A stretch of DNA of 64,000 bases, from contig CAWHAA010000010.1 of the NCBI GenBank assembly GCA_963827275.1, forward strand, positions 288,001 through 352,000. Direction: 5' to 3'. The stretch's first letter is position 1, and each line of letters begins with the position of its first letter. Of this stretch, positions 1-10,842 are shown piece by piece. The DNA comes from an uncultured Spirochaetota bacterium. GTDB lineage: Bacteria; Spirochaetota; UBA4802; UBA5550. The position numbers and the translations under genes are program-made. The notes beneath the pieces were generated by a model. That model made no database searches. It was not told the origin of the DNA and saw nothing but the letters and a program-made list of their open reading frames with translations.

Positions 1-72
1 CGTACCCGAGAAAAAAGCGGACAACACGACGCAGACCCCGAGGATCACGATTTCCAGATAGAACGGGTCCAT
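1..72 (-). CDS. CNNM/DUF21 (hemolysin-family) membrane protein, N-terminal fragment running off the window
   Basis: Manual translation MDPFYLEIVILGVCVVLSAFFSGT matches the DUF21 'LSAFFSGxE' motif; its ATG overlaps the stop of the M23 gene (TGATG). Confidence 0.75.
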   Translation of the reverse strand, partial: MDPFYLEIVILGVCVVLSAFFSGT

Positions 73-938
73 CACTCGTTGTTCATGTCCAGCTTGACGT
101 TGAAAAAATATTCCCGGCCGGCCTGGTTCCCGGCGAAATCGGACGCGGTGACCTTGAGGATGTTCTCTCCCTCGACGTAAGTCATCCCTTCCAGCTTGTA
201 ATAGCCCTTGCCGTCAAACAGCTCATCGAACCCCTTGCCCCCCACGGTCAGCCTGCCGCCCGCGAAGGAGATGCCGCTGAACTCTTTCATGAGGACCGTC
301 TTCCCGTTGAAGGCTGCCTCCAGGCGGTAGATCCCGAGGTTCTGGCGGCCTTCCATGGAATCGGTGATCTTCACGAGGAGCGGGTAATGCCTGGTGAGCC
401 TGATATTCGACCTGTCCCGGACGATTATTAAGGCATCCCCGATGTGGAAGGCGATGTCCGAAATCACCGGCGCGCTCGTGTCTTTAAGCGGCGGCAGCAC
501 GATGAGGGGGTTCATTGATCTCCGCTTCGCCGGTTCAAGAAGGTTAAAGTGGAGGTGCCGCTGGACCGAATGGCCCGTGTTGCCCATGATCCCCAGCAGC
601 TCGCCGGGCGCGTACTTCTTCTTCGCGGTGAGCCCGTTTTCCAGGTGCATGTAAATCGAATAGATCCCGTTCCGGTGCTCAAGGATCTTGTAATTCCCGC
701 CTCCCGGGTAATTGTCCAATGGGAATATCGCCTTGTCCCAGTAAAACACCAGCGACCCGGCATCAACGGGAAAGACCGCCCCGTCGGCGGATATCATGTC
801 CATCCCGTCGTGGAAATGGTCCCAGCGGGACTCGCCGTATGTCGAGGTAACGGTGCCGCCGGTGAGCGGCCACCGGAATGAGACGAATGAGGCGGCCATG
901 AAAAGCAATGAAATATACACGATGATTTTCTGGTTCAT
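72..938 (-). CDS. M23 family metallopeptidase, exported
   Basis: Signal peptide, HxxxD (HDGMD), HxH (HLHF), YMHL and GNTGHS motifs; C-terminal beta-rich domain. Confidence 0.9.
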   Translation of the reverse strand: MNQKIIVYISLLFMAASFVSFRWPLTGGTVTSTYGESRWDHFHDGMDMISADGAVFPVDAGSLVFYWDKAIFPLDNYPGGGNYKILEHRNGIYSIYMHLENGLTAKKKYAPGELLGIMGNTGHSVQRHLHFNLLEPAKRRSMNPLIVLPPLKDTSAPVISDIAFHIGDALIIVRDRSNIRLTRHYPLLVKITDSMEGRQNLGIYRLEAAFNGKTVLMKEFSGISFAGGRLTVGGKGFDELFDGKGYYKLEGMTYVEGENILKVTASDFAGNQAGREYFFNVKLDMNNE

Positions 939-3244
939 TTTTTCCTGTCCTTGGCTTCATCTTGCTCTTCGGCATCCTGCTGCCGGTCCCTGCCGGCGTG
1001 GAGATGGCAATACTCGCCCGGCTCTGTGCCGGAGTAATAGAGGACGTCGCGCGCGACCCGGGGGCATTCCCCGTTTCTTCCCGCGACCTCGCCTGAATCG
1101 AGGCAGATTGTCTCCAGCGACAGCCCCTGCTCAGGCCTGATGAAGTCAGCCGGCCTGCTCCCCCGGTATATCCCCGATACGTACTCGACCCATACCGGCG
1201 CCGCGACCGTGCTGCCAGACCTTCCCCATCCGAGGGAGATGGCCCCTTCTTTGTTCCCGATCCAGACGGCCGTGACCAGGTCCGAGGTGTAACCGACAAA
1301 CCACGCGTCGATATAATTAGAGGTGCTTCCGGTCTTCCCCGCGACCTGGAAGTCGATCGAGCTCCCCCTGGAGGCGCCGTAGGCGGTTCCCCCCTCCTCG
1401 AACACGCCCCGGAGCATTGACACGGTTATGGCGCAGGCCGCCGGATCGATGATCGTCCCCGCGTCCCGCCTCCGCTCATCCAGGAGCTTGCGGACCTCCT
1501 CCTCGTTGTCCCAGACGACATTGTCATTGTAGTCCCTGACCTGCCTGATGCCGTAGGGGAGCAGGTACTGCCCGCCGTTGACGAGTACGGAATGAAGGAC
1601 GCAGTTCTCGAGCGGGGACACCTCGTAGCTGCCCAGGGCGAGCGAAAGGGTCCGGCCGAACCGCTCCTTGAGCTCCGAGTCACCCAGGGCGAGGCCTTTT
1701 TTCAGTATCCTGAAGACGCCGTCATAGCCGGTCATATCAAGCACCTTGACCGCGACAACGTTGATCGATTTCTTCAGCGCCTCGCGCACGATCACCGGGC
1801 CGGCGTACGCGCCGTCATAGTTCCGCGGGACGTATCCGTCGGCGAAGGTGGTCTGCTCGTCGGTGAACACGGTCGACGGGGTGATGTCCTTCGCCTCCAC
1901 CGCCGCCGCGTATACCAGCGGCTTGAAGGAAGAGCCGGGCTGGCGCCGTATCTGCGCCGCGTGGTCATTCTGGTTTTTTGGCGAAAATTCGTACCCGCCG
2001 ACATACGCGAGTATCTCTCCGGTAACCGGATCGAGCGACACGAGGGCTCCCTCGATGTTCTGCGCCTTGCCCATCTCCCGCTCGGCCTTGAGCCTGTTCT
2101 TCATCCTGCCCGCGAGCGCCGCGTGGTAGTCGCGCTGGCGGCCGATCCCGGCCTTCATCGCCCGGGTCGCCGCCTCCTGCTTTTCCGCGTCGATGGTCGT
2201 GTACACCTTCAGCCCGCCCCTCTTGACCGCGTCCTCGCCGAACTTTTCCACGAGCACCCGGCGGATGTTCTCATTAAAGAACGGCGCGAGGTTGACCCGG
2301 TACGTGCTGAAGACGAAATTGCCGACAAGCGACGATGCGGCCCTGCCGCTCTCGTCGTACACAACCTCCCACTTCCTGAGGAAGCCGGCGTTGAGGCGCC
2401 CGGGGTCGTCCTTCTTTAAAAAGCCGGCGTCGGCGAGCGATTCGAGTATGCGCAGCGTCTTGCGGAGCGACGCGTCCAGGTCGGAGAGGGGGGAATAGAT
2501 CTTCGGGTTCGATATGGTGGCCACGACCATTGCGCATTCCGCGGTTGACAGCTCCTTCACCGACGTGCCGAAAAACATCTTCGAAGCGGATTCTACGCCA
2601 TACGCACCGTTGCCGAAATAGATCAGGTTGAGGTACATCGAGAGGATGTCCTGCTTGTCGTACCGGTTTTCGATCTCGCGCGCGCAGAAGGTCTCGTATA
2701 TCTTTCTCTTGAGATTGCGCTCCATGTCGGTGAAGAGCACCTTGGCCAGCTGCTGGGTGATGGTGCTGCCGCCCTGCACCACCCCGAAGTGGGCCACGTT
2801 GACGAGGAACGCCCGCACGATGCCCCGGTAGTTGATACCCCGGTGGCTGTAAAACTCGCGGTCCTCGCTGGCTATGACCGCCTTCACGAGCCACTGGGGG
2901 ATATGATCATACGGCACGATCTCCCGCTTCTGCTCGAAGAACTCGCCGATGATGGCATCGTTCCGGTCATAGATCCGCGTGGGGATGTCGACCACCTTGG
3001 CGGAAAGGTCGATATCGCTGTAGCTGTATCCCTTTTTAAGCTCCTCGGTGCGGTCGATGAGCTGCTTGTACCTGACCAGTTTTTTGATGGCCCCGTCGCG
3101 GTCGCGCTGCCACATGAAGAATATGACGGTTATGTACACGGCCAGCACGCACAGCGCGCCGGCGGGGACGTACAGGAAGACGACCTTTTTGTGGCCGCCT
3201 ATCCACCTGAAAATGCTGCGCACTGCCTCTGCGACCCTGTCCAT
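935..3244 (-). CDS. Class A penicillin-binding protein (PBP1A family transglycosylase/transpeptidase)
   Basis: N-terminal TM, EDREFYSH, GGSTITQQLAK, SxxK (GSSFK), SxN (SIN), KTG motifs. Confidence 0.95.
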   Translation of the reverse strand: MDRVAEAVRSIFRWIGGHKKVVFLYVPAGALCVLAVYITVIFFMWQRDRDGAIKKLVRYKQLIDRTEELKKGYSYSDIDLSAKVVDIPTRIYDRNDAIIGEFFEQKREIVPYDHIPQWLVKAVIASEDREFYSHRGINYRGIVRAFLVNVAHFGVVQGGSTITQQLAKVLFTDMERNLKRKIYETFCAREIENRYDKQDILSMYLNLIYFGNGAYGVESASKMFFGTSVKELSTAECAMVVATISNPKIYSPLSDLDASLRKTLRILESLADAGFLKKDDPGRLNAGFLRKWEVVYDESGRAASSLVGNFVFSTYRVNLAPFFNENIRRVLVEKFGEDAVKRGGLKVYTTIDAEKQEAATRAMKAGIGRQRDYHAALAGRMKNRLKAEREMGKAQNIEGALVSLDPVTGEILAYVGGYEFSPKNQNDHAAQIRRQPGSSFKPLVYAAAVEAKDITPSTVFTDEQTTFADGYVPRNYDGAYAGPVIVREALKKSINVVAVKVLDMTGYDGVFRILKKGLALGDSELKERFGRTLSLALGSYEVSPLENCVLHSVLVNGGQYLLPYGIRQVRDYNDNVVWDNEEEVRKLLDERRRDAGTIIDPAACAITVSMLRGVFEEGGTAYGASRGSSIDFQVAGKTGSTSNYIDAWFVGYTSDLVTAVWIGNKEGAISLGWGRSGSTVAAPVWVEYVSGIYRGSRPADFIRPEQGLSLETICLDSGEVAGRNGECPRVARDVLYYSGTEPGEYCHLHAGRDRQQDAEEQDEAKDRKK

Positions 3245-3458
3245 CTCTGTTTCCTCGTTACCATGGCCCTTCCCCGCCTCCCCCGCAAACGAAAGGGGCG
3301 GCCGAAGGCAGGAGGGGGCGGCCCATGCAACAGGAGCGACCCCTTATTTGATTAAAAAACAACGCCGTTAAAAGTCAAATACAAATACGAAGGAATATTC
3401 TTCATAGTATATCGGCAGCACTCTTTTCAGCGGGTCGGGAGCCATCCCGGCCCGCCAA

Positions 3459-4526
3459 TTACATCTGCCCGGTATGACACCCGTCGCAGCCGGAATACTT
3501 TTTCCCCGAGAGCTGGCCGCACGCGCCGGAAATGTCCCGCCCGAAGCTCTTGCGCACGGTGATCGGCACATTCATGATCTCGAGGTCCTTGATGAAGCGC
3601 GCCACCTCTTCTTCAGACGGCGGCAGGTAGCCGTGGCTCCCCTCGTTCAGGGGGATGAGGTTCAGCTTGACCCTGTTGTACCTGAACATCTTCTTCAGCC
3701 GCCTGGCGTCATCGTGCGAGATATTGTCCTGGCGCATCACGTACGCGACGGTGAGCCGGTTGCGGGACGCGGGGAACTTGCGGTCCAGAAGCGATGAAAT
3801 CTCCGCGAAGGGGTTGGAGCGCTCGACGGGCATGAGCTTCTCGCGTTTTTCCGGGAGGGTGTCGTTGAGCGAGATGGCCAGGTTGTAGGGGCGCCGCTCG
3901 TCAATGAACCGCTCTATGCCCGCCCGCACCCCCGAGGTGGAAACGGTGATTTTCCTGACGGACACGTGGAAGCCGAAAGAATAGTTCATGATATCGGCGG
4001 CGCGGAGAACGGCGTCATAATTCATGAAGGGCTCGCCCATGCCCATGAACACGACATTGTTGTTCCTCTGGCCGGAGATCCTCCGCGCCAGGCAGAGCTG
4101 GTCCAGTATCTCGGCGGTCTCCAGGTTGCGGATGAAGCCGAGCTTCGCCGTTTCGCAGAAGCGGCAGCCCATGGCGCACCCCGCCTGCGTTGAAACGCAC
4201 ACGGTGAGCCTGCCATCATCGCCCCCCTCGTTCCTGATCAGGACCGTCTCTATATACTGCCCGTCGCGCGTCCGGAACAGGAACTTGACGGTGCCGTCCA
4301 TCGCGGAAACCTGGCGCTCGGCCAGCTCGAGGGCGTCCACCGAAAACCCGGCCTCCAGGCGGGCCCGGAGGTCCCGTGAAAAATCAGTCATGTCCTGGAA
4401 CGACCCGACGTTTTTCTCGTAGAGCCAGTTCATGAGCTGCTTCGCCCGGTACCCCTTTTCCCCGATCGAGGCGAAATATTCCGTGAGCCCTTCAATGGTG
4501 AAATTCTTTATGAGCTGTTTTTCCAT
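3459..4526 (-). CDS. rlmN: 23S rRNA m2A2503 / tRNA methyltransferase RlmN (radical SAM)
   Basis: CVSTQAGCAMGCRFC, FMGMGEP, DISGACGQL; start placed at ATG 4526 (ORF track GTG 4535). Confidence 0.95.
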   Translation of the reverse strand: MEKQLIKNFTIEGLTEYFASIGEKGYRAKQLMNWLYEKNVGSFQDMTDFSRDLRARLEAGFSVDALELAERQVSAMDGTVKFLFRTRDGQYIETVLIRNEGGDDGRLTVCVSTQAGCAMGCRFCETAKLGFIRNLETAEILDQLCLARRISGQRNNNVVFMGMGEPFMNYDAVLRAADIMNYSFGFHVSVRKITVSTSGVRAGIERFIDERRPYNLAISLNDTLPEKREKLMPVERSNPFAEISSLLDRKFPASRNRLTVAYVMRQDNISHDDARRLKKMFRYNRVKLNLIPLNEGSHGYLPPSEEEVARFIKDLEIMNVPITVRKSFGRDISGACGQLSGKKYSGCDGCHTGQM

Positions 4527-4675
4527 TACCGACACGATAGCGGGGAAATACCCTCCAGTGCAAGAAAATTATATAAAACATATCTTTTCATGCACAAGGC
4601 AGGCCCCCTCGCCCTCCGGGGGAGGCGCGGCTGAACACATTCTCATATACATTGCCGGGGGTCCCGGCGGCACGG

Positions 4676-5869
4676 CTAAAGCCGGATCCTCGCCTCTGAT
4701 TTCTTCAGGATCGGCAGGAACGCCGTCCGCCTTTTTTCGACGAGCTCAACGGCCGACCGGTTGCACTGGTGCACGCACTGACCGCACCCTATGCATCTCC
4801 CCGCGTCGATTGACGCTTTTTTATCGGTAACGGTAATCGCCGCGGTAGGGCAGTATTTTTCGCATTTTTTGCACCCCGTGCATTTTTCGCTGTCCGCGAT
4901 CTTCGCCAGGTAATAACTGTTATACCGCAGGGGCAGCGCCCCCATGTTGTAGGAGCGGAGTATTTCGCAGCAGTCCCAGCAGCAGTTGCATATGCCGATT
5001 TGCGGGAGCCGGGTATCATCCTTTTCGTGAAAGACGGAGTGGACCGCGCCGCTGTCCCGTACTTTCTGGACTATGTCAAACGCCTCCTCCATGCTTATCT
5101 GGCGTGCGTGCCCGTACTTGATGTAGGGCCGTATGCTGTCGCCCAGGCCGATACATCCGCCGTCTTCCGGCATGTGGAGCCTGCAGGGGTCGTCAATGTT
5201 CATGGTGACGCGCCGGCACATGCAGGGGAACTGGCCGAGGACGCTTTTTGTCCCGTATTCCCGCAGCATGTCGATGACAGAGCTTGTGGGATAGATATTC
5301 GAATCAGGCACGTCGAGAGACTGGTTGATGTTTATGATGGATTTTCCCTTCGCGTCCTTGACCGACATGACGGTACCGACGCTCTGATTCGACACGCGCG
5401 CGTTCCTGGACATGCTGTTCATGATGTTGCGGAGGGGAAAAAAATTGTAGCCCCGGAAGGTCGTTATGAATCTCATCCATCTCCGGGAGAATTCCTTTTC
5501 TTCAGGCTTTCCGATCAGGTACGGGACATGCGCCTCAAACCAGCCGACGATAAAGGGGTGGAGCGTGTAACGCTCTTCGCCCGTTTCGGAATATTTTATC
5601 CCGATATATCCTTTCCGTATAACAGACTCCAAAATACGGCCGAACGCGGCCGCGTCCAGGCCGCTTGCCGCCGCGGCCTGTTCGTATGAATATCGCTCTG
5701 TGCCGAGGCGCAGGAGAAGCCGGAGCTCGTCGTCAGCAAGCATGTAATCGATTGATTCAAGCATCGCCCTGACAGGAGGGAAAAACCTCCTGTTCTGCCT
5801 GTTCATCAGCATGACGAGCTTTTTGAGATCACTCTTTTTCTTCTGCAGGGCGACCTTTTCTTCTTTCAT
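4676..5869 (-). CDS. 4Fe-4S dicluster ferredoxin-domain protein with N-terminal HTH-like region and Cys-rich middle
   Basis: CxxCxxCxxxCP-type motifs twice at the C-terminus, CMCR and ICNCCWDCC; GGAGG RBS before ATG 5869. Confidence 0.85.
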   Translation of the reverse strand: MKEEKVALQKKKSDLKKLVMLMNRQNRRFFPPVRAMLESIDYMLADDELRLLLRLGTERYSYEQAAAASGLDAAAFGRILESVIRKGYIGIKYSETGEERYTLHPFIVGWFEAHVPYLIGKPEEKEFSRRWMRFITTFRGYNFFPLRNIMNSMSRNARVSNQSVGTVMSVKDAKGKSIININQSLDVPDSNIYPTSSVIDMLREYGTKSVLGQFPCMCRRVTMNIDDPCRLHMPEDGGCIGLGDSIRPYIKYGHARQISMEEAFDIVQKVRDSGAVHSVFHEKDDTRLPQIGICNCCWDCCEILRSYNMGALPLRYNSYYLAKIADSEKCTGCKKCEKYCPTAAITVTDKKASIDAGRCIGCGQCVHQCNRSAVELVEKRRTAFLPILKKSEARIRL

Positions 5870-6087
5870 AATAACCTCCGCAATGGTGATACGGGTCAGG
5901 CGAACAGCCGGGGAAGAGCAGGGAACAGGGGCACGCGTCAAGAAAAACCGGCGATCGGATACATTGATATGCACCTATAATATAGACGCGCAGCGGCTCC
6001 CCGTCAATAAAATATTCGCCACAGTCAGGCGGGTCCATTCCTGGTAAATGCCCCGCGAACAACCACCGGCGCCGGCCCCCCGTAACC

Positions 6088-6945
6088 CTATCCCGATATA
6101 AGCTTGATAACCATTCCCAGCGCGAGCGATAGGGCGACGACGGCCACGGTGATCGACATCACCTCGAACAGCGCCGTCCGGTACCGCAGGCCTTTGACCA
6201 CGGACATGAAAAAGGTGAACACCGAGACAATAACGATGACGGCGCAGAGCGCCACCGCGAGGGCCGCGTAGTGGCTCTTGAAGATAAAATAGGGGCTCAC
6301 GATCGCCGCCACGACGAACACGTACACGATCCCGGTATAGAGCGCCGCTCGGAACGCCTCGCCCGCGTCACCCGCCTCCGCTTTCTGCGAAAGGTATTCG
6401 GACGCGACCATGGCGAGCGTCGCCGCCATGCCGCTGATGAGGGCGGTCTTCGCCACGAGGAGGGAGCTCGCGAGGGCGAAGGTAAGCCCCACGACGATGC
6501 CCGTGATCTCCTGGATGGAATTGTTGATGGCGAGCACCATCGACCCGAGGTGCGTTATCACGCCCTCCTCGACCTCTGCCATAAGGGACTCCTCATGCTT
6601 CACTTCCTCGCCGATGATCTTCCGTATCCCCGGGACCATGCCCTCCACCTCGGCGTAATCATGTCCGGCCTGGTCCTCGCCGTTGCCCATCATCTTCATG
6701 GTGAAGGTTATGCCGAAAAGCCTGGATACGAGCCGGTAAAAATAGATCTTCACGTAGCTGGGCCGCACGTCCCTGCCCGTGATCTTCCTGAAGAAATGAT
6801 AGTGCCGCAGCTCGTCCGCGGATATCTTCCGCAGTATCTCCCTGTTTTTACCCTTGAGCCTCTTTGCCAGGGCGCCGTAGAGAATATGCTCGGTTATCTC
6901 GTTCCTCTGGTATCCGAGTATTCTGGAAAGGGTCTCTTCTTTCAT
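6088..6945 (-). CDS. VIT1/CCC1 family transporter with N-terminal ferritin/rubrerythrin-like domain
   Basis: ExxH motifs (DELRH, EEVKH), 'MVASEYLS' and five hydrophobic segments; start moved to MKEETL. Confidence 0.85.
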   Translation of the reverse strand: MKEETLSRILGYQRNEITEHILYGALAKRLKGKNREILRKISADELRHYHFFRKITGRDVRPSYVKIYFYRLVSRLFGITFTMKMMGNGEDQAGHDYAEVEGMVPGIRKIIGEEVKHEESLMAEVEEGVITHLGSMVLAINNSIQEITGIVVGLTFALASSLLVAKTALISGMAATLAMVASEYLSQKAEAGDAGEAFRAALYTGIVYVFVVAAIVSPYFIFKSHYAALAVALCAVIVIVSVFTFFMSVVKGLRYRTALFEVMSITVAVVALSLALGMVIKLISG

Positions 6946-7291
6946 GGGACATGCTCCGCCGCAGATTGTATTGATTGGCCGGGCGCCGGCCCTGACGCGC
7001 GCAGAGCCTATCAGGCCAGCGGCTTCTGTCAAGGTGGTTTTATATCCGATCATCACCGCCGTTAAAGCGCGCCCCATCTGACCGGGCCCTCTGTCCGTCG
7101 CGGCGCATGTGGTACCCCGCGATGAGAAGCTCGGGAGTGGTATTGATGAGATTGTCCTTGTTCCTGTCGGTGGCGGGCGGGACTCTTCCCCGTCACGTTT
7201 CAAGCCTCCTGCCCGGCGCTTGTCGTGCCGGAAGGGGCCTCACGTGAGAGGGTGCAGGTAACGACGCTTCGGCAGGGGGATTGGCATGGCC

Positions 7292-9499
7292 CTATTTCTT
7301 TTCTTTCATGCTCTTGATCTCGAACATGGCCATCTTGTTGTCCGGGTCGATATTGACGACCTTTTCGAAGAACGAGACCGCTCCCGCCGTGTCCCCCTTC
7401 TTCTTGAAGGCCATGCCCTGCGCGAACAGGGCGTTCACGAAGGTGTTGTCCAGCTCGAGGGCCTTGTCGAAATTGGTGATCGCATTGTCGAAATCGCCAA
7501 GCTGGTAAAAGGCGGCGCCGGCGATGTAATATGCGTTCTTGTTCATCTTGTCGCCTTCGATGTACGTCTGGATCGTGTCGATCGCCCTGCGGAAGCTGTT
7601 CACCCTGAAATAATTTTTCGCCAGGTTGTAGCGGATCTTCTGGTTGTCGGGGAACTTGTTCAGGCCGTTTTCGAGGGCCGTGATCGCCTCATCGTACTTG
7701 TGGGCGTTGATCAGCCGCTTCGAGTTCTTGATGATGTCAACGGCCTCGTCGCGCGACAGCTCGATGATCAGGAAGGTGATGTCATCCACGAGCTGGGCGT
7801 TGCCGATGAACTGGCGCACCTCCCCGAGGATCGCGTCGGCGAACTCCTCGGCCGGCAGGGCGCGGAACTTGCGGATGACGTTCTCGAGACGCTGGTTGGA
7901 AAATTCCTGCCGCGCCTCATTGATCGCTTCCGGGATGCCGTCGGTATAGAGCACGATCCGGTCGCCGTAATCGAGCCTCGTCCTCTTCTCCTCGTATGAC
8001 TCGCGGGCGTCCTCAATGGCGCCGATAAAAAGGCCGCCGGTGTCCAGGAGCTCGATACTCCCGCCGGCGCGGAGCAGTATCGCCTTCTGGTGGCTCGCGT
8101 TGGAGTACACGACGTTGTAGTCGTCGTCGATAGAGAGCATGAAGCAGGTCATGTAATCCTGCGTTTTCACGTGGTCCAGGATGTTCTGGTTCATCTCCTG
8201 GAAGATTTTCTTGGGGGAATCGTATTTCGCGCCGGCGTTGCCGAACGACATCTTCGCCATGGTGGTGACGAGGGCCGCCGGGATGCCGTGGCCCGATACG
8301 TCAGCGATCATGATCCCGATCTTGTCGTCCTTGAGGAGGTGGACGTCGTAGAAATCACCCCCGATCTTCTCCATGGCCATGTAGCGGACGGCGAACCGCA
8401 GCTCGTTCCAGTCGTCGATTTTGCCGGGAAGGATGCTCCGCTGGATGACGCTTGCCATGTCGAGCTGTTTCTGTATCTGGTCGTCCCTGTTCCGCAGGCT
8501 CGAGAGCGCGTTCTGGAGCTCCTCGGTCCTCTTCGCCACCTTTTCTTCAATGTCGCGCCGGTACTCGTTGATTTCCCGGCCCGTCTCGACCAGCGCGAAC
8601 TCGATGGCGGAGAATTCTTTCTCGAGCGAGAGGACCTCGTATGCCGCGCTCCCGCCCGACGCGATGGCCCTGGTGACCCTGACCAGGTCATTCAGCTTTC
8701 TCGTGATCGAGCTGCTGGTGACCTGCATCAGCAGAATACTGGCGAGTATCGACATGAAAAAATAACCGGCGATGACAGGGATGCTGTATTCCTCGAGGAA
8801 CCGCACCTTTTCAAGGAGCGCCGCGAAGGTCAGAAGGGTAATGACCAGCAGCCATATAAAGAAAAAGAACTTGAGCCGGATGCCGATGAGGGCAAACGGC
8901 CGTACCGTGGCCCCGGTCTGGACGATCTTGTTGTACAGCAGGCTCCGCTCCCTGTTGGTCAGCGACTCCGTCAGGAGGTAGGTCGCCATCCCGTAGAGGA
9001 TGAGGATAAACATTATCGTGAGAACGGACACCTTAATGAGCGCCCGGATCTCGGCCGAGGTGAAGACCCCCTGGTAGTAGTATTGGTACAATGATAATGC
9101 CAGGACTATCGCCCCGCCCAGGAAGACGTGGACCGTGGCGACGATCAGGTTATACATGGGAAGGTCGGTAAAAGCGCGGTACACCCGCTTCAGGTCCTCC
9201 TCCGGCACCTCGAAGTTGTTACGGTACGCGTCATTGACCAGCCTGAGGGGGGCAAAGAGTGCCGGTATCTTCAACGGTGACAGCACGCCGAACTCGACAT
9301 AGTGCATGACGACGGGGATGGCCACCCCGATGGGGAGCCAGATGGTAAAGAAGCCAGCCAGTTTCTCATATGATATTATGACAAAGGACATGCCGAGGAA
9401 AAAGCCGAAGAGGCTGAAGACCCAGCTTGCAAACACGGTTATGAACGCTATTGCGAATGTGTAGGATATATTTTTTGCGAGAAAATGGAAAAATCTCAT
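7292..9499 (-). CDS. Membrane SpoIIE/RsbU-type PP2C phosphatase with C-terminal TPR repeats
   Basis: Multiple TM segments, coiled coil, GGDFYD, ADVSGHG, YTDG, DDIT motifs, then TPRs. Confidence 0.92.
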   Translation of the reverse strand: MRFFHFLAKNISYTFAIAFITVFASWVFSLFGFFLGMSFVIISYEKLAGFFTIWLPIGVAIPVVMHYVEFGVLSPLKIPALFAPLRLVNDAYRNNFEVPEEDLKRVYRAFTDLPMYNLIVATVHVFLGGAIVLALSLYQYYYQGVFTSAEIRALIKVSVLTIMFILILYGMATYLLTESLTNRERSLLYNKIVQTGATVRPFALIGIRLKFFFFIWLLVITLLTFAALLEKVRFLEEYSIPVIAGYFFMSILASILLMQVTSSSITRKLNDLVRVTRAIASGGSAAYEVLSLEKEFSAIEFALVETGREINEYRRDIEEKVAKRTEELQNALSSLRNRDDQIQKQLDMASVIQRSILPGKIDDWNELRFAVRYMAMEKIGGDFYDVHLLKDDKIGIMIADVSGHGIPAALVTTMAKMSFGNAGAKYDSPKKIFQEMNQNILDHVKTQDYMTCFMLSIDDDYNVVYSNASHQKAILLRAGGSIELLDTGGLFIGAIEDARESYEEKRTRLDYGDRIVLYTDGIPEAINEARQEFSNQRLENVIRKFRALPAEEFADAILGEVRQFIGNAQLVDDITFLIIELSRDEAVDIIKNSKRLINAHKYDEAITALENGLNKFPDNQKIRYNLAKNYFRVNSFRRAIDTIQTYIEGDKMNKNAYYIAGAAFYQLGDFDNAITNFDKALELDNTFVNALFAQGMAFKKKGDTAGAVSFFEKVVNIDPDNKMAMFEIKSMKEKK

Positions 9500-9588
9500 G
9501 GGTCCCTCTATATGGTATCTATCGGCCGAGAAGCACCACTAATATATAATATATTCCAGGATACGCAATACAAATTTGGGCATGACGC

Positions 9589-10842
9589 CTATTTTTCACC
9601 CTTCGCCCGCATGCCGGGGGAGATGGCAGCGGGCGACCGGCCGCGCTGATGATCAGTGCTGTCCGTCCCCTTGACGCAGCGGAACCCGGCGAGGTTGCCC
9701 GCATGAAGGCTCGGGGCGCCGCCGATATCGCGGCTGGTCGTCCTCAGCCGGTACCGCGGGTCATACCAGGAACCGCCCCTGACGACTTTATACTGCTTCC
9801 CGTAGCGCCGGTACTCCCTTCCCTTTTTCGAGGAGTTGCCCTCGTAGGGCATGTACCAGCTCGAGGTCCATTCGCGGGCGTTGCCCGCCATGTTGACCGC
9901 GCCGCAGGGTGATGCGCCCTCCGGCTCAAAGGAAGCGACCGGCAGGAGTCCCCGTGAGGCGACGCCGTACCGCATTTTTATATGCGCGCCGGTGGCGTCG
10001 TCGGCCCAGAATTCCTCGCAATTTGCCCGCTCGGGGTTGAACACGCGCCCCCAGGGATACACGAGGTTCTGTCCCCCGCTTTCGGGATCGGCCCTGCCGC
10101 TTCCCCGCGCCGCTTTTTCCCATTCCTCTTCGGTGGGCAGGCGCTTGCCCGCCCACTTCGCGTACGCGGCCGCCTCCTGGTGGGTCACCAGTACCGGCAG
10201 GTCTTTGTCCCCGTCCGGGTAGGTGTCCCCCTTCCACGAGACAGGCGGCCTGGCGTTCGTCGCCGCGATGAAGGCCTTGTAGTCTTCGTTGGAGACCTCG
10301 TACTTGTCGATATAAAAGTCGTCAAGGTAGATCGTCTGCTCGGGTGATTCGTCACGGTCCCCTTCCCCGGACCCGAACACGAACTTGCCCTCCGGCACGA
10401 GCACCATCGGCCTGCCGTCGCGCGGAGAGACGGTGCTCGTCCGGTACGCCCGCTCCTTCACGGGGATTGAATCGGGGATGTCGGTCTCCTCCTTTTTCCC
10501 GGGGGCCAGGAGCGCGATGTCTTCGCCCGCACGTATCTGCCGCGCATACATCCTGTTGGTCAGGCTATACCGTGCGGCGGCCCGGTAGCGGAACCCGCCC
10601 ATCCTGTCATATACCAGCGAAACGATTGCCACCGTGCCGAACACGGTCTCGCCATCGACGATGTAATAATTTTTTTCAGCGGGGCGCTCTTTGAAGAGGA
10701 GCGCGATATCCCCATCCTTGCCGATGGATTCGATCTTCCCCTTGATGCTGAATTCCCGCGTGCCGTCGGCCGCCTGAAGCGCGCCGGCGATCATGAACAG
10801 CATGGCGGCAATTACCGCCGTCCGGATTGTCCTGATATTCAT
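9589..10842 (-). CDS. FGE-sulfatase (SUMF1/EgtB/PvdO-like) domain protein, exported
   Basis: Signal peptide; YEVSN, RLPTEEEWEKAARG, MAGNAREW, RGGSW, GFRC. Confidence 0.9.
   Translation of the reverse strand: MNIRTIRTAVIAAMLFMIAGALQAADGTREFSIKGKIESIGKDGDIALLFKERPAEKNYYIVDGETVFGTVAIVSLVYDRMGGFRYRAAARYSLTNRMYARQIRAGEDIALLAPGKKEETDIPDSIPVKERAYRTSTVSPRDGRPMVLVPEGKFVFGSGEGDRDESPEQTIYLDDFYIDKYEVSNEDYKAFIAATNARPPVSWKGDTYPDGDKDLPVLVTHQEAAAYAKWAGKRLPTEEEWEKAARGSGRADPESGGQNLVYPWGRVFNPERANCEEFWADDATGAHIKMRYGVASRGLLPVASFEPEGASPCGAVNMAGNAREWTSSWYMPYEGNSSKKGREYRRYGKQYKVVRGGSWYDPRYRLRTTSRDIGGAPSLHAGNLAGFRCVKGTDSTDHQRGRSPAAISPGMRAKGEK

Noticed and set aside
9589..9800. FGE/C-type-lectin C-terminus as a diversity-generating retroelement target
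   Set aside because: No template repeat or reverse transcriptase in the window; a remote DGR cannot be excluded but has no support here
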